Source of the DNA: the human T2T-CHM13v2.0 reference genome, Homo sapiens
NCBI RefSeq assembly: GCF_009914755.1
Contig: NC_060937.1
Strand: one strand, 5' to 3'
DNA length: 64,000 bases
Positions 31,901-48,600 of this stretch are shown here, one piece after another. The notes under the pieces are model-generated. The model searched no databases. It was given only the letters and a program-made list of their open reading frames with translations, and was not told the origin of the DNA. A program made the position numbers and the translations under genes. Positions within the stretch are counted from its first letter, which is position 1. Every line of letters begins with the position of its first letter.

Positions 31901-34900
31901 TACATAAAATATGAACGTACATCAAATATATAGTATATGCTGCACATAAAATATCAAAGTACCCAAAGTATGTATTATACACTGTACATAAAATATCAAA
32001 GTACCAAAAGTATATATTACATACTGTAAATAAAATATGAAGGTACCTCAAATATATATTATATTCTGTACATAAAATATCAAAGTACACCAAGTATATA
32101 CTATATACTCTGCATAAAATATTAAATTACCCGAAATATGTATTGTATTGTGTACATAAAATATGAAAGTAACCAAACATTTATAATAAACTGTACATAA
32201 AATATCAAAGTACTCAAACTGTATATTATATACTCTACATAAAGTATCAAAGTACCCAAACTGTGTAGTATATACTGTACATAAAATATCAAGGTACCCA
32301 AAATATATATTGTAAACTGTAGATAAAATATCAAAGTACCCAAAATATATATTATATACTGTACATAAAATATGAAGGCACATCCAATATATATTATATT
32401 CTGTACATAAAATATCAAAGTACACCAAATGTATATTATATACTGTACATAAAATATCAAAGTACCCAAAGTGTATATTATATACTGCACATTAAATATG
32501 AAGGTTCATCAAATATATTTTATATTCTGCACATCATATATCAAAGTACAGCAAATATATATTATATACTGTACATAAAATATCAAAGTACCCAAAATAT
32601 GTATTATATACTGTACATAAAATATGAAAGTAACCAAACATTTATAATACACTGTACATAAAGTATCAAAGTACTCAAACTACATATTATATACAGTATA
32701 TAAAATATCAAAGTACCCAAACTGTATATTATATACTGTACATAATATATCAAAGTACCCGAATATATAGCATACTCTACATAAAATATCAAAGTACCCA
32801 AAGTTTGTATTATACACTGCACAGAAAATATGAAGGTACATCAAAGATATATTATATTCTGTACATAAAATATCAAAGTACACCAAATATATATTATATG
32901 CTGTACATAATATATTAAAGTCGACCAAATATATATTATATACTGTACATAAAATATGAAGGTACATCAAATATATATTATATGCTGCACATAAAATATC
33001 AAAGTACCCAAAGTATGTGTTATATACTGTACATAAAATATCAAAGTACCCAAAGTATATATTATATACTGTACATAAAATATAAAATACCCCAAATATA
33101 TATTATATGCTCTACATAAAATATCAAAGTACACAAAATATGTATTATATACTGTACATAAAATACCAAAGGACCCAAAATATATATTATATACTGTACA
33201 TAAAATATCAAAATTCCCAAAATATATATTATATACTGTACATAAAATACCAAAGTACCCAAAGTATATATTATATACCGTACAAAAAATATCAAAGTAG
33301 CCAAAATATGTATTATACACTGTACATAATATATGAAAGTACCCAAACATTTATAATAAATTGTACATAAAATATCAATGTACTCCAACTATATATTATG
33401 TGCGGTACATAAGATATCAAAGTACCCATACTATATAGTATATACTGTACTTAAAATATCAAAATACCCAAAATATATATTATATACGTTACATAAACTA
33501 TCAAATACACAAAGTATGTATTATGTACTGTACATAAAATAGCAAAGTTCCCAAAATATGTATTATATACTGTACATAAAATATGAAAGTACCCAACCAT
33601 TTATAATAAACTCTACATAAAATACCAAAGTACCCAAACTGTGTATTATATACTGTCCATAAAATATCAAAGTACCCAAAATATATATTGTAAACTCTAC
33701 ATAAAATATCAAAGTAGCCAAAATACATATTGTATACTGTACATAAAATATAAAAGTACCCCAAATATATATTATATACTGTACATAAAATATCAAAGTA
33801 CCCATAATACATATTATATACTGTACATAAAATATCAAAGGACCCAAAATAAACATTATATACTGTACATAAAATATCCAAATACTCAAAATATATATTA
33901 CATACTGTACATAAAATATCAAAGTACCCAAATTATGTATTATATACTGTACGTAAAATATCAGAGTACCCAAAATATGCATTATATACTGTACATAAAA
34001 TATGAAAGTAACAAAACATTTATAAAAAACTGTACATAAAATATCAAAGTACTCAAACTATATATCATATACTGTACATAAAATATCAAAGTACCCAAAC
34101 TGTGTATTATTATATACTGTATATAAAATATCAAAGTACCTGAAATATATACTGTATACTGTACATAAAATATCAAAGTACCCAAAATATATACTATATA
34201 CTGTACATAAAATATGAAGGTACATCAAATATATATTATATCCTGTACATAAAATATCAAAGTACACCTATTATATATTGTGTACTGTACATAATATATT
34301 AAATCGCCCAAATATATATTGTATACTGTATATAAAATATGAAGGTACTTCAAATATATATTATATGCTGCACATAAAATATCAAAGTACCCAAGGTATG
34401 CATTACATACTGTACATAAAATATCAAAGTACACATATTATATATTATATAATGTACATAAAATATGAAGGTTCATCAAATATATATTATATTCTGTACA
34501 TAATATATCAATGTACATCAAATATATATTATATACTGTACATAAAATATCAAAGTACCAAAAATATGTATTATATACTGTACATAAAACATGAAAGTAA
34601 CCAAACATTTATAATAAACTGTACATAAAATATCAAAGTACTCAATCTACATATTATATACAGTATATAAAATATCAAAGTACACAAACTGTATATTATA
34701 TACTGTACATAATATATCAAAGTACCCAGAATATATAGCATACTGTACATAGAATATCAAAGTACCCAAAATATATATTGTATACTGTACATAAAATATG
34801 AAGGTACATCAAAGATATATTATATTCTGTACATAAAATATGAAAGTACACCAAATATATATTATATGCTGTACATAATATATTAAAGTTGCCCATATAT

Positions 34901-37900
34901 ACATTATATACTGTACATAAAATATGAACGTACATCAAATATATAGTATATGCTGCACATAAAATATCAAAGTACCCAAAGTATGTATTATACACTGTAC
35001 ATAAAATATCAAAGTACCAAAAGTATATATTACATACTGTAAATAAAATATGAAGGTACCTCAAATATATATTATATTCTGTACATAAAATATCAAAGTA
35101 CACCAAGTATATACTATATACTCTGCATAAAATATTAAATTACCTGAAATATGTATTGCATTGTGTACATAAAATATGAAAGTAACCAAACATTTATAAT
35201 AAACTGTACATAAAATATCAAAGTACTCAAACTGTATATTATATACTCTACATAAAGTATCAAAGTACCCAAACTGTGTAGTATATACTGTACATAAAAT
35301 ATCAAGGTACCCAAAATATATATTGTAAACTGTAGATAAAATATCAAAGTACCCAAAATATATATTATATACTGTACATAAAATATGAAGGCACATCCAA
35401 TATATATTATATTCTGTACATAAAATATCAAAGTACACCAAATGTATATTATATACTGTACATAAAATATCAAAGTACCCAAAGTGTATATTATATACTG
35501 TACATAAAATATGAAGGTTCATCAAATATATTTTATATTCTGCACATAATATATCAAAGTACAGCAAATATATATTATATACTGTACATAAAATATCAAA
35601 GTACCCAAAATATGTATTATATACTGTACATAAAATATGAAAGTAAGCAAACATTTATAATAAACTGTACATAAAGTATCAAAGTACTCAAACTACATAT
35701 TATATACAGTATATAAAATATCAAAGTACCCAAACTGTATATTATATACTGTACATAATGTATCAAAGTACCCGAATATATAGCATACTCTACATAAAAT
35801 ATCAAAGTACCCAAAGTTTGTATTATACACTGCACATAAAATATGAAGGTACAACAAAGATATATTATATTCTCTACATAAAATATCAAAGTACACCAAA
35901 TATATATTATATGCTGTACATAATATATTAAAGTCGACCAAATATATATTATATACTGTACATAAAATATGAAGGTACATAAAATATATATTATATGCTG
36001 CACATAAAATATCAAAGTACCCAAAGTATGTGTTATATACTGTACATAAAATATCAAATTACCCAAAGTATATATTATATACTGTACATAAAATATAAAA
36101 TACCCCAAATATATATTATATGCTCTACATAAAATATCAAAGTACACAAAATATGTATTATATACTGTACATAAAATACCAAAGGACCCAAAATATATAT
36201 TATATACTGTACATAAAATATCAAAATTCCCAAAATATATATTATATACTGTACATAAAATACCAAAGTACCCAAAGTATATGTTATATACCGTACAAAA
36301 AATATCAAAGTAGCCAAAATATGTATTATACACTGTACATAATATATGAAAGTACCCAAACATTTATAATAAACTGTACATAATATATCAATGTACTCAA
36401 ACTATATATTATGTGCGGTACATAAGATATCAAAGTACCCATACTATATAGTATATACTGTACTTAAAATATCAAAATACCCAAAATATATATTATATAC
36501 GTTACATAAACTATCAAATACACAAAGTATGTATTATATACTGTACATAAAATAGCAAAGTTCCCAAAATATGTATTATATACTGTACATAAAATATGAA
36601 AGTACCCAACCATTTATAATAAAGTCTACATAAAATACCAAAGTACCCAAACTGTGTATTATATACTGTCCATAAAATATCAAAGGACCCAAAATATATA
36701 TTGTAAACTCTACATAAAATATTAAAGTAGCCAAAATACATATTGTATACTGTACATAAAATATAAAAGTACCCCAAATATATATTATATACTGTACATA
36801 AAATATCAAAGTACCCATAATACATATTATATACTGTACATAAAATATCAAAGGACCCAAAATAAACATTATATACTGTACATAAAATATCCAAATACTC
36901 AAAATATATATTACATACTGTACATAAAATATCAAAGTACCCAAATTATGTATTATATACTGTACGTAAAATATCAGAGTACCAAATATGCATTATATAC
37001 TGTACATAAAAAATGAAAGTAACAAAACATTTATAATAAACTGTACATAAAATATCAAAGTACTCAAACTATATATCATATACTGTACATAAAATATCAA
37101 AGTACCCAAACTGTGTATTATTATATACTGTATATAAAATATCAAAGTACCTGAAATATATACTGTATACTGTACATAAAATATCAAAGTACCCAAAATA
37201 TATACTATATACTGTACATAAAATATGAAGGTACATCAAATATATATTATATCCTGTACATAAAATATCAAAGTACACCTATTATATATTGTGTACTGTA
37301 CATAATATATTAAATCGCCCAAATATATATTGTATACTGTATATAAAATATGAAGGTACTTCAAATATATATTATATGCTGCACATAAAATATCAAAGTA
37401 CCCAAAGAATGCATTACATACTGTACATAAAATATCAAAATACACATGTTATCTATTATATAATGTACATAAAATATGAAGGTTCATCAAATATATATTA
37501 TATTCTGTACATAATATATCAAAGTACATCAAATATATATTATATACTGTACATAAAATATCAAAGTACCAAAAATATGTATTATATACTGTACATAAAA
37601 CATGAAAGTAACCAAACATTTATAATAAACTGTACATAAAATATCAAAGTACTCAATCTACATATTATATACAGTATATAAAATATCAAAGTACACAAAC
37701 TGTATATTATATACTGTACATAATATATCAAAGTACCCAGAATATATAGCATACTGTACATAAAATATCAAAGTACCCAAAATGTATATTGTATACTGTA
37801 CATAAAATATGAAGGTACATCAAAGATATATTATATTCTGTACATAAAATATCAAAGTACACCAAATATATATTATATGCTGTACATAATATATTAAAGT

Positions 37901-40900
37901 TGCCCATATATACATTATATACTGTACATAAAATATGAACGTACATCAAATATATAGTATATGCTGCACATAAAATATCAAAGTACCCAAAGTATGTATT
38001 ATACACTGTACATAAAATATCAAAGTACCAAAAGTATATATTACATACTGTAAATAAAATATGAAGGTACCTCAAATATATATTATATTCTGTACATAAA
38101 ATATCAAAGTACACCAAGTATATACTATATACTCTGCATAAAATATTAAATTACCCGAAATATGTATTGTATTGTGTACATAAAATATGAAAGTAACCAA
38201 ACATTTATAATAAACTGTACATAAAATATCAAAGTACTCAAACTGTATATTATATACTCTACATAAAGTATCAAAGTACCCAAACTGTGTAGTATATACT
38301 GTACATAAAATATCAAGGTACCCAAAATATATATTGTAAACTGTAGATAAAATATCAAAGTACCCAAAATATATATTATATACTGTACATAAAATATGAA
38401 GGCACATCCAATATATATTATATTCTGTACATAAAATATCAAAGTACACCAAATGTATATTATATACTGTACATAAAATATCAAAGTACCCAAAGTGTAT
38501 ATTATATACTGCACATTAAATATGAAGGTTCATCAAATATATTTTATATTCTGCACATCATATATCAAAGTACAGCAAATATATATTATATACTGTACAT
38601 AAAATATCAAAGTACCCAAAATATGTATTATATACTGTACATAAAATATGAAAGCAAGCAAACATTTATAATAAACTGTACATAAAGTATCAAAGTACTC
38701 AAACTACATATTATATACAGTATATAAAATATCAAAGTACCCAAACTGTATATTATATACTGTACATAATATATCAAAGTACCCGAATATATAGCATACT
38801 CTACATAAAATATCAAAGTACCCAAAGTTTGTATTATACACTGCACATAAAATATGAAGGTACATCAAAGATATATTATATTCTGTACATAAAATATCAA
38901 AGTACACCAAATATATATTATATGCTGTACATAATATATTAAAGTCGACCAAATATATATTATATACTGTACATAAAATATGAAGGTACATCAAATATAT
39001 ATTATATGCTGCACATAAAATATCAAAGTACCCAAAGTATGTGTTATATACTGTACATAAAATATCAAAGTACCCAAAGTATATATTATATACTGTACAT
39101 AAAATATAAAATACCCCAAATATATATTATATGCTCTACATAAAATATCAAAGTACACAAAATATGTATTATATACTGTACATAAAATACCAAAGGACCC
39201 AAAATATATATTATATACTGTACATAAAATATCAAAATACCCAAAATATATATTATATACTGTACATAAAATACCAAAGTACCCAAAGTATATGTTATAT
39301 ACCGTACAAAATATATCAAAGTAGCCAAATATGTATTATACACTGTACATAATATATGAAAGTACCCAAACATTTATAATAAACTGTACATAAAATATCA
39401 ATGTACTCAAACTATATATTATGTGCGGTACATAAGATATCAAAGTACCCATACTATACAGTATATACTGTACTTAAAATATCAAAATACCCAAAATATA
39501 TATTATATACGTTACATAAACTTTCAAATACACAAAGTATGTATTATATACTGTACATAAAATAGCAAAGTTCCCAAAATATGTATTATATACTGTACAT
39601 AAAATATGAAAGTACCCAACCATTTATAATAAAGTCTACATAAAATACCAAAGTACCCAAACTGTGTATTATATACTGTCCATAAAATATCAAAGTACCC
39701 AAAATATATATTGTAAACTCTACATAAAATATCAAAGTAGCCAAAATACATATTGTATACTGTACATAAAATATAAAAGTACCCCAAATATATATTATAT
39801 ACTGTACATAAAATATCAAAGTACCCATAATACATATTATATACTGTACATAAAATATCAAAGGACCCAAAATAAACATTATATACTGTACATAAAATAT
39901 CCAAATACTCAAAATATATATTACATACTGTACATAAAATATCAAAGTACCCAAATTATGTATTATATACTGTACGTAAAATATCAGAGTACCCAAAATA
40001 TGCATTATATTCTGTACATAAAATATGAAAGTAACAAAACATTTATAATAAACTGTACATAAAATATCAAAGTACTCAAACTATATATCATATACTGTAC
40101 ATAAAATATCAAAGTACCCAAACTGTGTATTATTATATACTGTATATAAAATATAAAAGTACCTGAAATATATACTGTATACTGTACATAAAATATCAAA
40201 GTACCCAAAATATATACTATATACTGTACATAAAATATGAAGGTACATCAAATATATATTATATCCTGTACATAAAATATCAAAGTACACCTATTATATA
40301 TTGTGTACTGTACATAATATATTAAATCACCCAAATATATATTGTATACTGTATATAAAATATGAAGGTACTTCAAATATATATTATATGCTGCACATAA
40401 AATATCAAAGTACCCAAAGTATGCATTACATACTGTACATAAAATATCAAAGTACACATATTATCTATTATATAATGTACATAAAATATGAAGGTTCATC
40501 AAATATATATTATATTCTGTACATAATATATCAAAGTACATCAAATATATATTATATACTGTACATAAAATATCAAAGTACCAAAAATATGTATTATATA
40601 CTGTACATAAAACATGAAAGTAACCAAACATTTATAATAAACTGTACATAAAATATCAAAGTACTCAATCTACATATTATATACAGTATATAAAATATCA
40701 AAGTACACAAACTGTATATTATATACTGTACATAATATATCAAAGTACCCAGAATATATAGCATACTGTACATAAAATATCAAAGTACCCAAAATATATA
40801 TTGTATACTGTACATAAAATATGAAGGTACATCAAAGATATATTATATTCTGTACATAAAATATCAAACTACACCAAATATATATTATATGCTGTACATA

Positions 40901-43900
40901 ATATATTTAAGTTGCCCATATATACATTATATACTGTACATAAAATATGAACGTACATCAAATATATAGTATATGCTGCACATAAAATATCAAAGTACCC
41001 AAAGTATGTATTATACACTGTACATAAAATATCAAAGTACCAAAAATATATATTACATACTGTAAATAAAATATGAAGGTACCTCAAATATATATTATAT
41101 TCTGTACATAAAATATCAAAGTACACCAAGTATATACTATATACTCTGCATAAAATATTAAATTACCCAAAATATGTATTGCATTGTGTACATAAAATAT
41201 GAAAGTAACCAAACATTTATAATAAACTGTACATAAAATATCAAAGTACTCAAACTGTATATTATATACTGTACATAAAGTATCAAAGTACCCAAACTGT
41301 GTAGTATATACTGTACATAAAATATCAAGGTACCCAAAATATATATTGTAAACTGTAGATAAAATATCAAAGTACCCAAAATATATATTATATACTGTAC
41401 ATAAAATATGAAGGCACATCCAATATATATTATATTCTGTACATAAAATATCAAAGTACACCAAATGTATATTATATACTGTACATAAAATATCAAAGTA
41501 CCCAAAGTGTATATTATATACTGTACATAAACTATGAAGGTTCATCAAATATATTTTATATTCTGCACATAATATATCAAAGTACAGCAAATATATATTA
41601 TATACTGTACATAAAATATCAAAGTACCCAAAATATGTATTATATACTGTACATAAAATATGAAAGTAACCAAACATTTATAATAAACTGTACATAAAGT
41701 ATCAAAGTACTCAAACTACATATTATATACAGTATATAAAATGTCAAAGTACCCAAACTGTATATTATATACTGTACATAATATATCAAAGTACCCGAAT
41801 ATATAGCATACTGTACATAAAATATCAAAGTACCCAAAGTGTGTATTATACACTGCACATAAAATATGAAGGTACATAAAATATATATTGTATTCTGTAC
41901 ATAAAATATCAAAGTACTCCAAATATATATTATATGCTGTACATAATATATTAAGGTCGCCCAAATATATATTATATACGGTACATAAAATATGAAGGTA
42001 CATCAAATATATATTATGTGCTGCACATAAAATATCAAAGTACCCAAAGTATGTGTTATATACTGTACATAAAATATCAAAGTACCCAAAGTATATATTA
42101 TATACTGTACATAAAATATAAAATACCCCAAATATATATTATATGCTGTACATAAAATATCAAAGTACACAAAATATGTATTATATACTGTACATAAAAT
42201 ACCAAAGGACCCAAAATATATATTATATACTGTACATAAAATATCAAAATACCCAAAATATATATTATATACTGTACATAAAATACCAAAGTACCCAAAG
42301 TATATATTATATACCGTACAAAAAATATCAAAGTAGCCAAAATATGTATTATACACTGTACATAATATATGAAAGTACCCAAACATTTATAATAAACTGT
42401 ACATAAAATATCAATGTACTCAAACTATATATTATGTGCGGTACATAAGATATCAAAGTACCCATACTATATAGTATATACTGTACTTAAAATATCAAAA
42501 TACCCAAAATATATATTATATACGTTACATAAACTATCAAATACACAAAGTATGTATTATATACTGTACATAAAATAGCAAAGTTCCCAAAATATGTATT
42601 ACATACTATACATAAAATATGAAAGCACCCAACCATTTATAATAAACTCTACATAAAATACCAAAGTACCCAAACTGTGTATTATATACTGTCCATAAAA
42701 TATCAAAGTACCCAAAATATATATTGTAAACTCTACATAAAATATCAAAGTAGCCAAAATACATATTGTATACTGTACATAAAATATAAAAGTACCCCAA
42801 ATATATATTATATACTGTACATAAAATATCAAAGTACCCATAATACATATTATATACTGTACATAAAATATCAAAGGACCCAAAATAAACATTATATACT
42901 GTACATAAAATATCCAAATACTCAAAATATATATTACATACTGTACATAAAATATCAAAGTACCCAAATTATGTATTATATACTGTACGTAAAATATCAG
43001 AGTACCCAAAATATGCGTTATATACTGTACATAAAATATGAAAGTAACAAAACATTTATAATAAACTGTACATAAAATATCAAAGTACTCAAACTATATA
43101 TCATATACTGTACATAAAATATCAAAGTACCCAAACTGTGTATTACTACATACTGTATATAAAATATCAAAGTACCTGAAATATATATTTTATACTGTAC
43201 ATAAAATATCAAAGTACCCAAAATATATACTATATACTGTACATAAAATATGAAGGTACATCAAATATATATTATATCCTGTACATAAAATATCAAAGTA
43301 CTCCTATTATATATTGTGTACTGTACATAATATATTAAATCGCCCAAATATATATTGTATACTGTATATAAAATATGAAGGTACTTCAAATATATATTAT
43401 ATGCTGCACATAAAATATCAAAGTACCCAAAGTATGCATTACATACTGTACATAAAATATCAAAGTACACAAATTATATATTATATTCTGTACACAAAAT
43501 ATGTAGGTTCATCAAATATATTTTATATTCTGTACATAATATATCAAAGTACATCAAATATATATTATATACGGTACATAAAATATCAAAGTACCCAAAA
43601 TATGTACTATTTACTGTACATAAAATATGAAAGTAACCAAACATTTATAATAAACTGTACATAAAATATCAAAGTACTCAATCTACATATTATATACAGT
43701 ATATAAAATATCAAAGTACACAAACTGTATATTATATACTGTACATAATATATCAAAGTACCCAGAATATATAGCATACTGTACATACAATATCAAAGTA
43801 CCCAGAATGTATATTGTATACTGTACATAAAATATGAAGGTACATCAAAGATATATTATATTCTGTACATAAAATATCAAAGTACACCAAATATATATTA

Positions 43901-46900
43901 TATGCTGTACATAATATATTAAAGTTGCTCATATATACATTATATACTGTACATAAAATATGAACGTACATCAAATATATAGTATATGCTGCACATAAAA
44001 TATCAAAGTACCCAAAGTATGTATTATACACTGTACATAAAATATCAAATTACCAAAAGTATATATTACATACTGTAAATAAAATATGAAGGTACCTCAA
44101 ATATATATTATATTCTGTACATAAAATATCAAAGTACACCAAGTATATACTATATACTCTGCATAAAATATTAAATTACCCGAAATATGTATTGTATTGT
44201 GTACATAAAATATGAAAGTAACCAAACATTTATAATAAACTGTACATAAAATATCAAAGTACTCAAACTGTATATTATATACTCTACATAAAGTATCAAA
44301 GTACCCAAACTGTGTAGTATATACTGTACATAAAATATCAAGGTACCCAAAATATATATTGTAAACTGTAGATAAAATATCAAAGTACCAAAAATATATA
44401 TTATATACTGTACATAAAATATGAAGGCACATCCAATATATATTATATTCTGTACATAAAATATCAAAGTACACCAAATGTATATTATATACTGTACATA
44501 AAATATCAAAGTACCCAAAGTGTATATTATATACTGCACATTAAATATGAAGGTTCATCAAATATATTTTATATTCTGCACATAATATATCAAAGTACAG
44601 CAAATATATATTATATACTGTACATAAAATATCAAAGTACCCAAAATATGTATTATATACTGTACATAAAATATGAAAGTAAGCAAATATTTATAATAAA
44701 CTGTATATAAAATATCAAAGTACTCAAACTACATATTATATACAGTATATAAAATATCAAAGTACCCAAACTATATATTATATACTGTACATAATATATC
44801 AAAGTACCCGAATACATAGCATACTGTACATAAAATATCAAAGTACCCAAAATATATATTGTATACTGTACATAAAATATGAAGGTACATCAAAGATATA
44901 TTATATTCTGTACATAAAATATCAAAGTACACCAAATATGTATTATATGCTGTACAGAATATATTAAAGTCGACCAAATGTATATTATATACTGTACATA
45001 AAATATGAAGGTACATCAAATATATATTATATGCTGCACATAAAATATCAAAGTACCCAAAGTATGTGTTATATACTGTACATAAAATATCAAAGTACCC
45101 AAAGTATATATTATATACTGTACATAAAATATAAAATACCCCAAATATATATTATATGCTGTACATAAAATATCAAAGTACACAAAATATGCATTATGTA
45201 CTGTACATAAATTATCAAAGGACCCAAAATATATATTATATAGTGTACATAAAATATCAAAATACCCAAAATATATATTATATACTGTACATAAAATACC
45301 AAGGTACCCAAAGTATATATTATATACTGTATAAAAAATATCAAAGTAGCCAAAATATGTATTATACACTGTACATAATATATGAAAGTACCCAAACATT
45401 TATAATAAACTGTACATAAAATATCAATGTACTCAAACTATATATTATGTGCGGTACTTAAGATATCAAAGTACCCATACTATATAGTATGTACTGTACT
45501 TAAAATATCAAAATACCCAAAATATATATTATATACGTTACATAAACTTTCAAATACACAAAGTATGTATTACATACTGTACATAAAATAGCAAAGTTCC
45601 CAAAATATGTATTATATACTGTACATAAAATATGAAAGTACCCAACCATTTATAATAAACTCTACATAAAATACCAAAGTACCCAAACTGTGTATTATAT
45701 ACTCTCCATAAAATATCAAAGTACCCAAAATATATATTGTCAACTGTACATGAAATATCAAAGTAGCCAAAATATATATAGTATACCGTACATAAAATAT
45801 AAAAGTACCCCAAATATGTATTATATACTGTACATAAATTATCAAAGTACCGATAATACATATTATATACTGTACATAAAATATCAGAGGACCCAAAATA
45901 AACATTATATACTGTACATAAAATCTCCAAATACTCAAAATATATATTACATACTGTACATAAAATATCAAAGTACCCAAATTATGTATTATATACTGTA
46001 CATAAAATATCAGAGTACCCAAAATATGCATTATATACTGTACATAAAATATGAAAGTAACAAAACATTTATAATAAACTGTACATAAAATATCAAAGTA
46101 CTCAAACTATATATCATATACTGTACATAAAATATCAAAGTACCCAAACTGTGTATTATTATATACTGTATATAAAATATCAAAGTACCTGAAATATATA
46201 CTGTATACTGTACATAAAATATCAAAGTACCCAAAATATATACTATATACTGTACATAAAATATGAAGGTACATCAAATATATATTATATCCTGTACATA
46301 AAATATCAAAGTACACCTATTATATATTGTGTACTGTACATAATATATTAAATCGCCCAAATATATATTGTATACTGTATATAAAATATGAAGGTACTTC
46401 AAATATATATTATATGCTGCACATAAAATATCAAAGTACCCAAAGTATGCATTACATACTGTACATAAAATATCAAAGTACACATATTATCTATTATATA
46501 ATGTACATAAAATATGAAGGTTCATCAAATATATATTATATTCTGTACATAATATATCAAAGTACATCAAATATATGTTATATACTGTACATAAAATATC
46601 AAAGTACCAAAAATATGTATTATATACTGTACATAAAACATGAAAGTAACCAAACATTTATAATAAACTGTACATAAAATATCAAAGTACTCAATCTACA
46701 TATTATATACAGTATATAAAATATCAAAGTACACAAACTGTATATTATATACTGTACATAATATATCAAAGTACCCAGAATATATAGCATACTGTACTTA
46801 AAATATCAAAGTACCCAAAATATATATTGTATACTGTACATAAAATATGAAGGTACATCAAAGATATATTATATTCTGTACATAAAATATCAAAGTACAC

Positions 46901-48600
46901 CAAATATATATTATATGCTGTACATAATATATTAAGTTGCCCATATATACATTATATACTGTACATAAAATATGAACGTACATCAAATATATAGTATATG
47001 CTGCACATAAAATATCAAAGTACCCAAAGTATGTATTATACACTGTACATAAAATATCAAAGTACCAAAAGTATATATTACATACTGTAAATAAAATATG
47101 AAGGTACCTCAAATATATATTATATTCTGTACATAAAATATCAAAGTACACCAAGTATATACTATATACTCTGCATAAAATATTAAATTACCCAAAATAT
47201 GTATTGCATTGTGTACATAAAATATGAAAGTAACCAAACATTTATAATAAACTGTACATAAAATATCAAAGTACTCAAACTGTATATTATATACTGTACA
47301 TAAAGTATCAAAGTACCCAAACTGTGTAGTATATACTGTACATAAAATATCAAGGTACCCAAAATATATATTGTAAACTGTAGATAAAATATCAAAGTAC
47401 CCAAAATATATATTATATACTGTACATAAAATATGAAGGCACATCCAATATATACTATATTCTGTACATAAAATATCAAAGTACACCAAATGTATATTAT
47501 ATACTGTACAAAAAATATCAAAGTACCCAAAGTGTATATTATATACTGTACATAAAATATGAAGGTTCATCAAATATATTTTATATTCTGCACATAATAT
47601 ATCAAAGTACAGCAAATATATATTATATACTGTACATAAAATATCAAAGTACCCAAAATATGTATTATATACTGTACATAAAATATGAAAGTAACCAAAC
47701 ATTTATAATAAACTGTACATAAAGTATCAAAGTACTCAAACTACATATTATATACAGTATATAAAATGTCAAAGTACCCAAACTGTATATTATATACTGT
47801 ACATAATATATCAAAGTACCCGAATATATAGCATACTGTACATAAAATATCAAGGTACCCAAAGTGTGTATTATATACTGCACATAAAATATGAAGGTAC
47901 ATAAAATATATATTGTATTCTCTACATAAAATATCAAAGTACTCCAAATATATATTATATGCTGTACATAATATATTATAGTCGCCCAAATATATATTAT
48001 ATACTGTACATAAAATATGAAGGTACATCAAATATATATTATATGCTGCACATAAAATATCAAAGTACCCAAAGTATGTGTTATATACTGTACATAAAAT
48101 ATCAAAGTACCCAATGTATATATTATATACTGTACATAAAATATAAAATACCCCAAATATATATTATATGCTGTACATAAAATATCAAAGTACACAAAAT
48201 ATGTATTATATACTGTACATAAAATACCAAACGACCCAAAATATATATTATATACTGTACATAAAATATCAAAATACCCAAAATATATATTATATACTGT
48301 ACATAAAATACCAAAGTACCCAAAGTATATATTATATAACGTACAAAAAATATCAAAGTAGCCAAAATATGTATTATACACTGTACATAATATATGAAAG
48401 TACCCAAACATTTATAATAAACTGTACATAAAATATCAATGTACTCAAACTATATATTATGTGCGGTACATAAGATATCAAAGTACCCATACTATATAGT
48501 ATATACTGTACTTAAAATATCAAAATACCCAAAATATATATTATATACGTTACATAAACTATCAAATACACAAAGTATGTATTATGTACTGTACATAAAA
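20000..48600. repeat. Regular zone of 3013-bp (72-monomer) higher-order repeats
   Basis: The same landmark (ORF-track end of MFGYFHIL..DIFCTV, just upstream of TCAATGTACTCAAACTATATATTATGTGCG) falls at 21300, 24313, 27326, 30339, 33350, 36363, 39373, 42386, 45399 and 48411. Spacings are 3013, 3013, 3013, 3011, 3013, 3010, 3013, 3013 and 3012. The deviations are explained by visible 1-2 bp deletions near 30960, 36985, 39328 and 46933. Confidence 0.92.
26500..38640. repeat. Near-identical tandem duplication of a 6024-bp HOR dimer
   Basis: Private variants recur at +6024: ACATCATAT (C at 26511, 32535 and 38559), AAATTGTAC..GTACTCCAACT (~27335 and ~33359), and the 2-bp deletion CAGAGTACCAAATATG (~30951 and ~36975). 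ORF coordinates also shift by 6024 (e.g. 28693/34717, 31704/37728). Confidence 0.88.
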
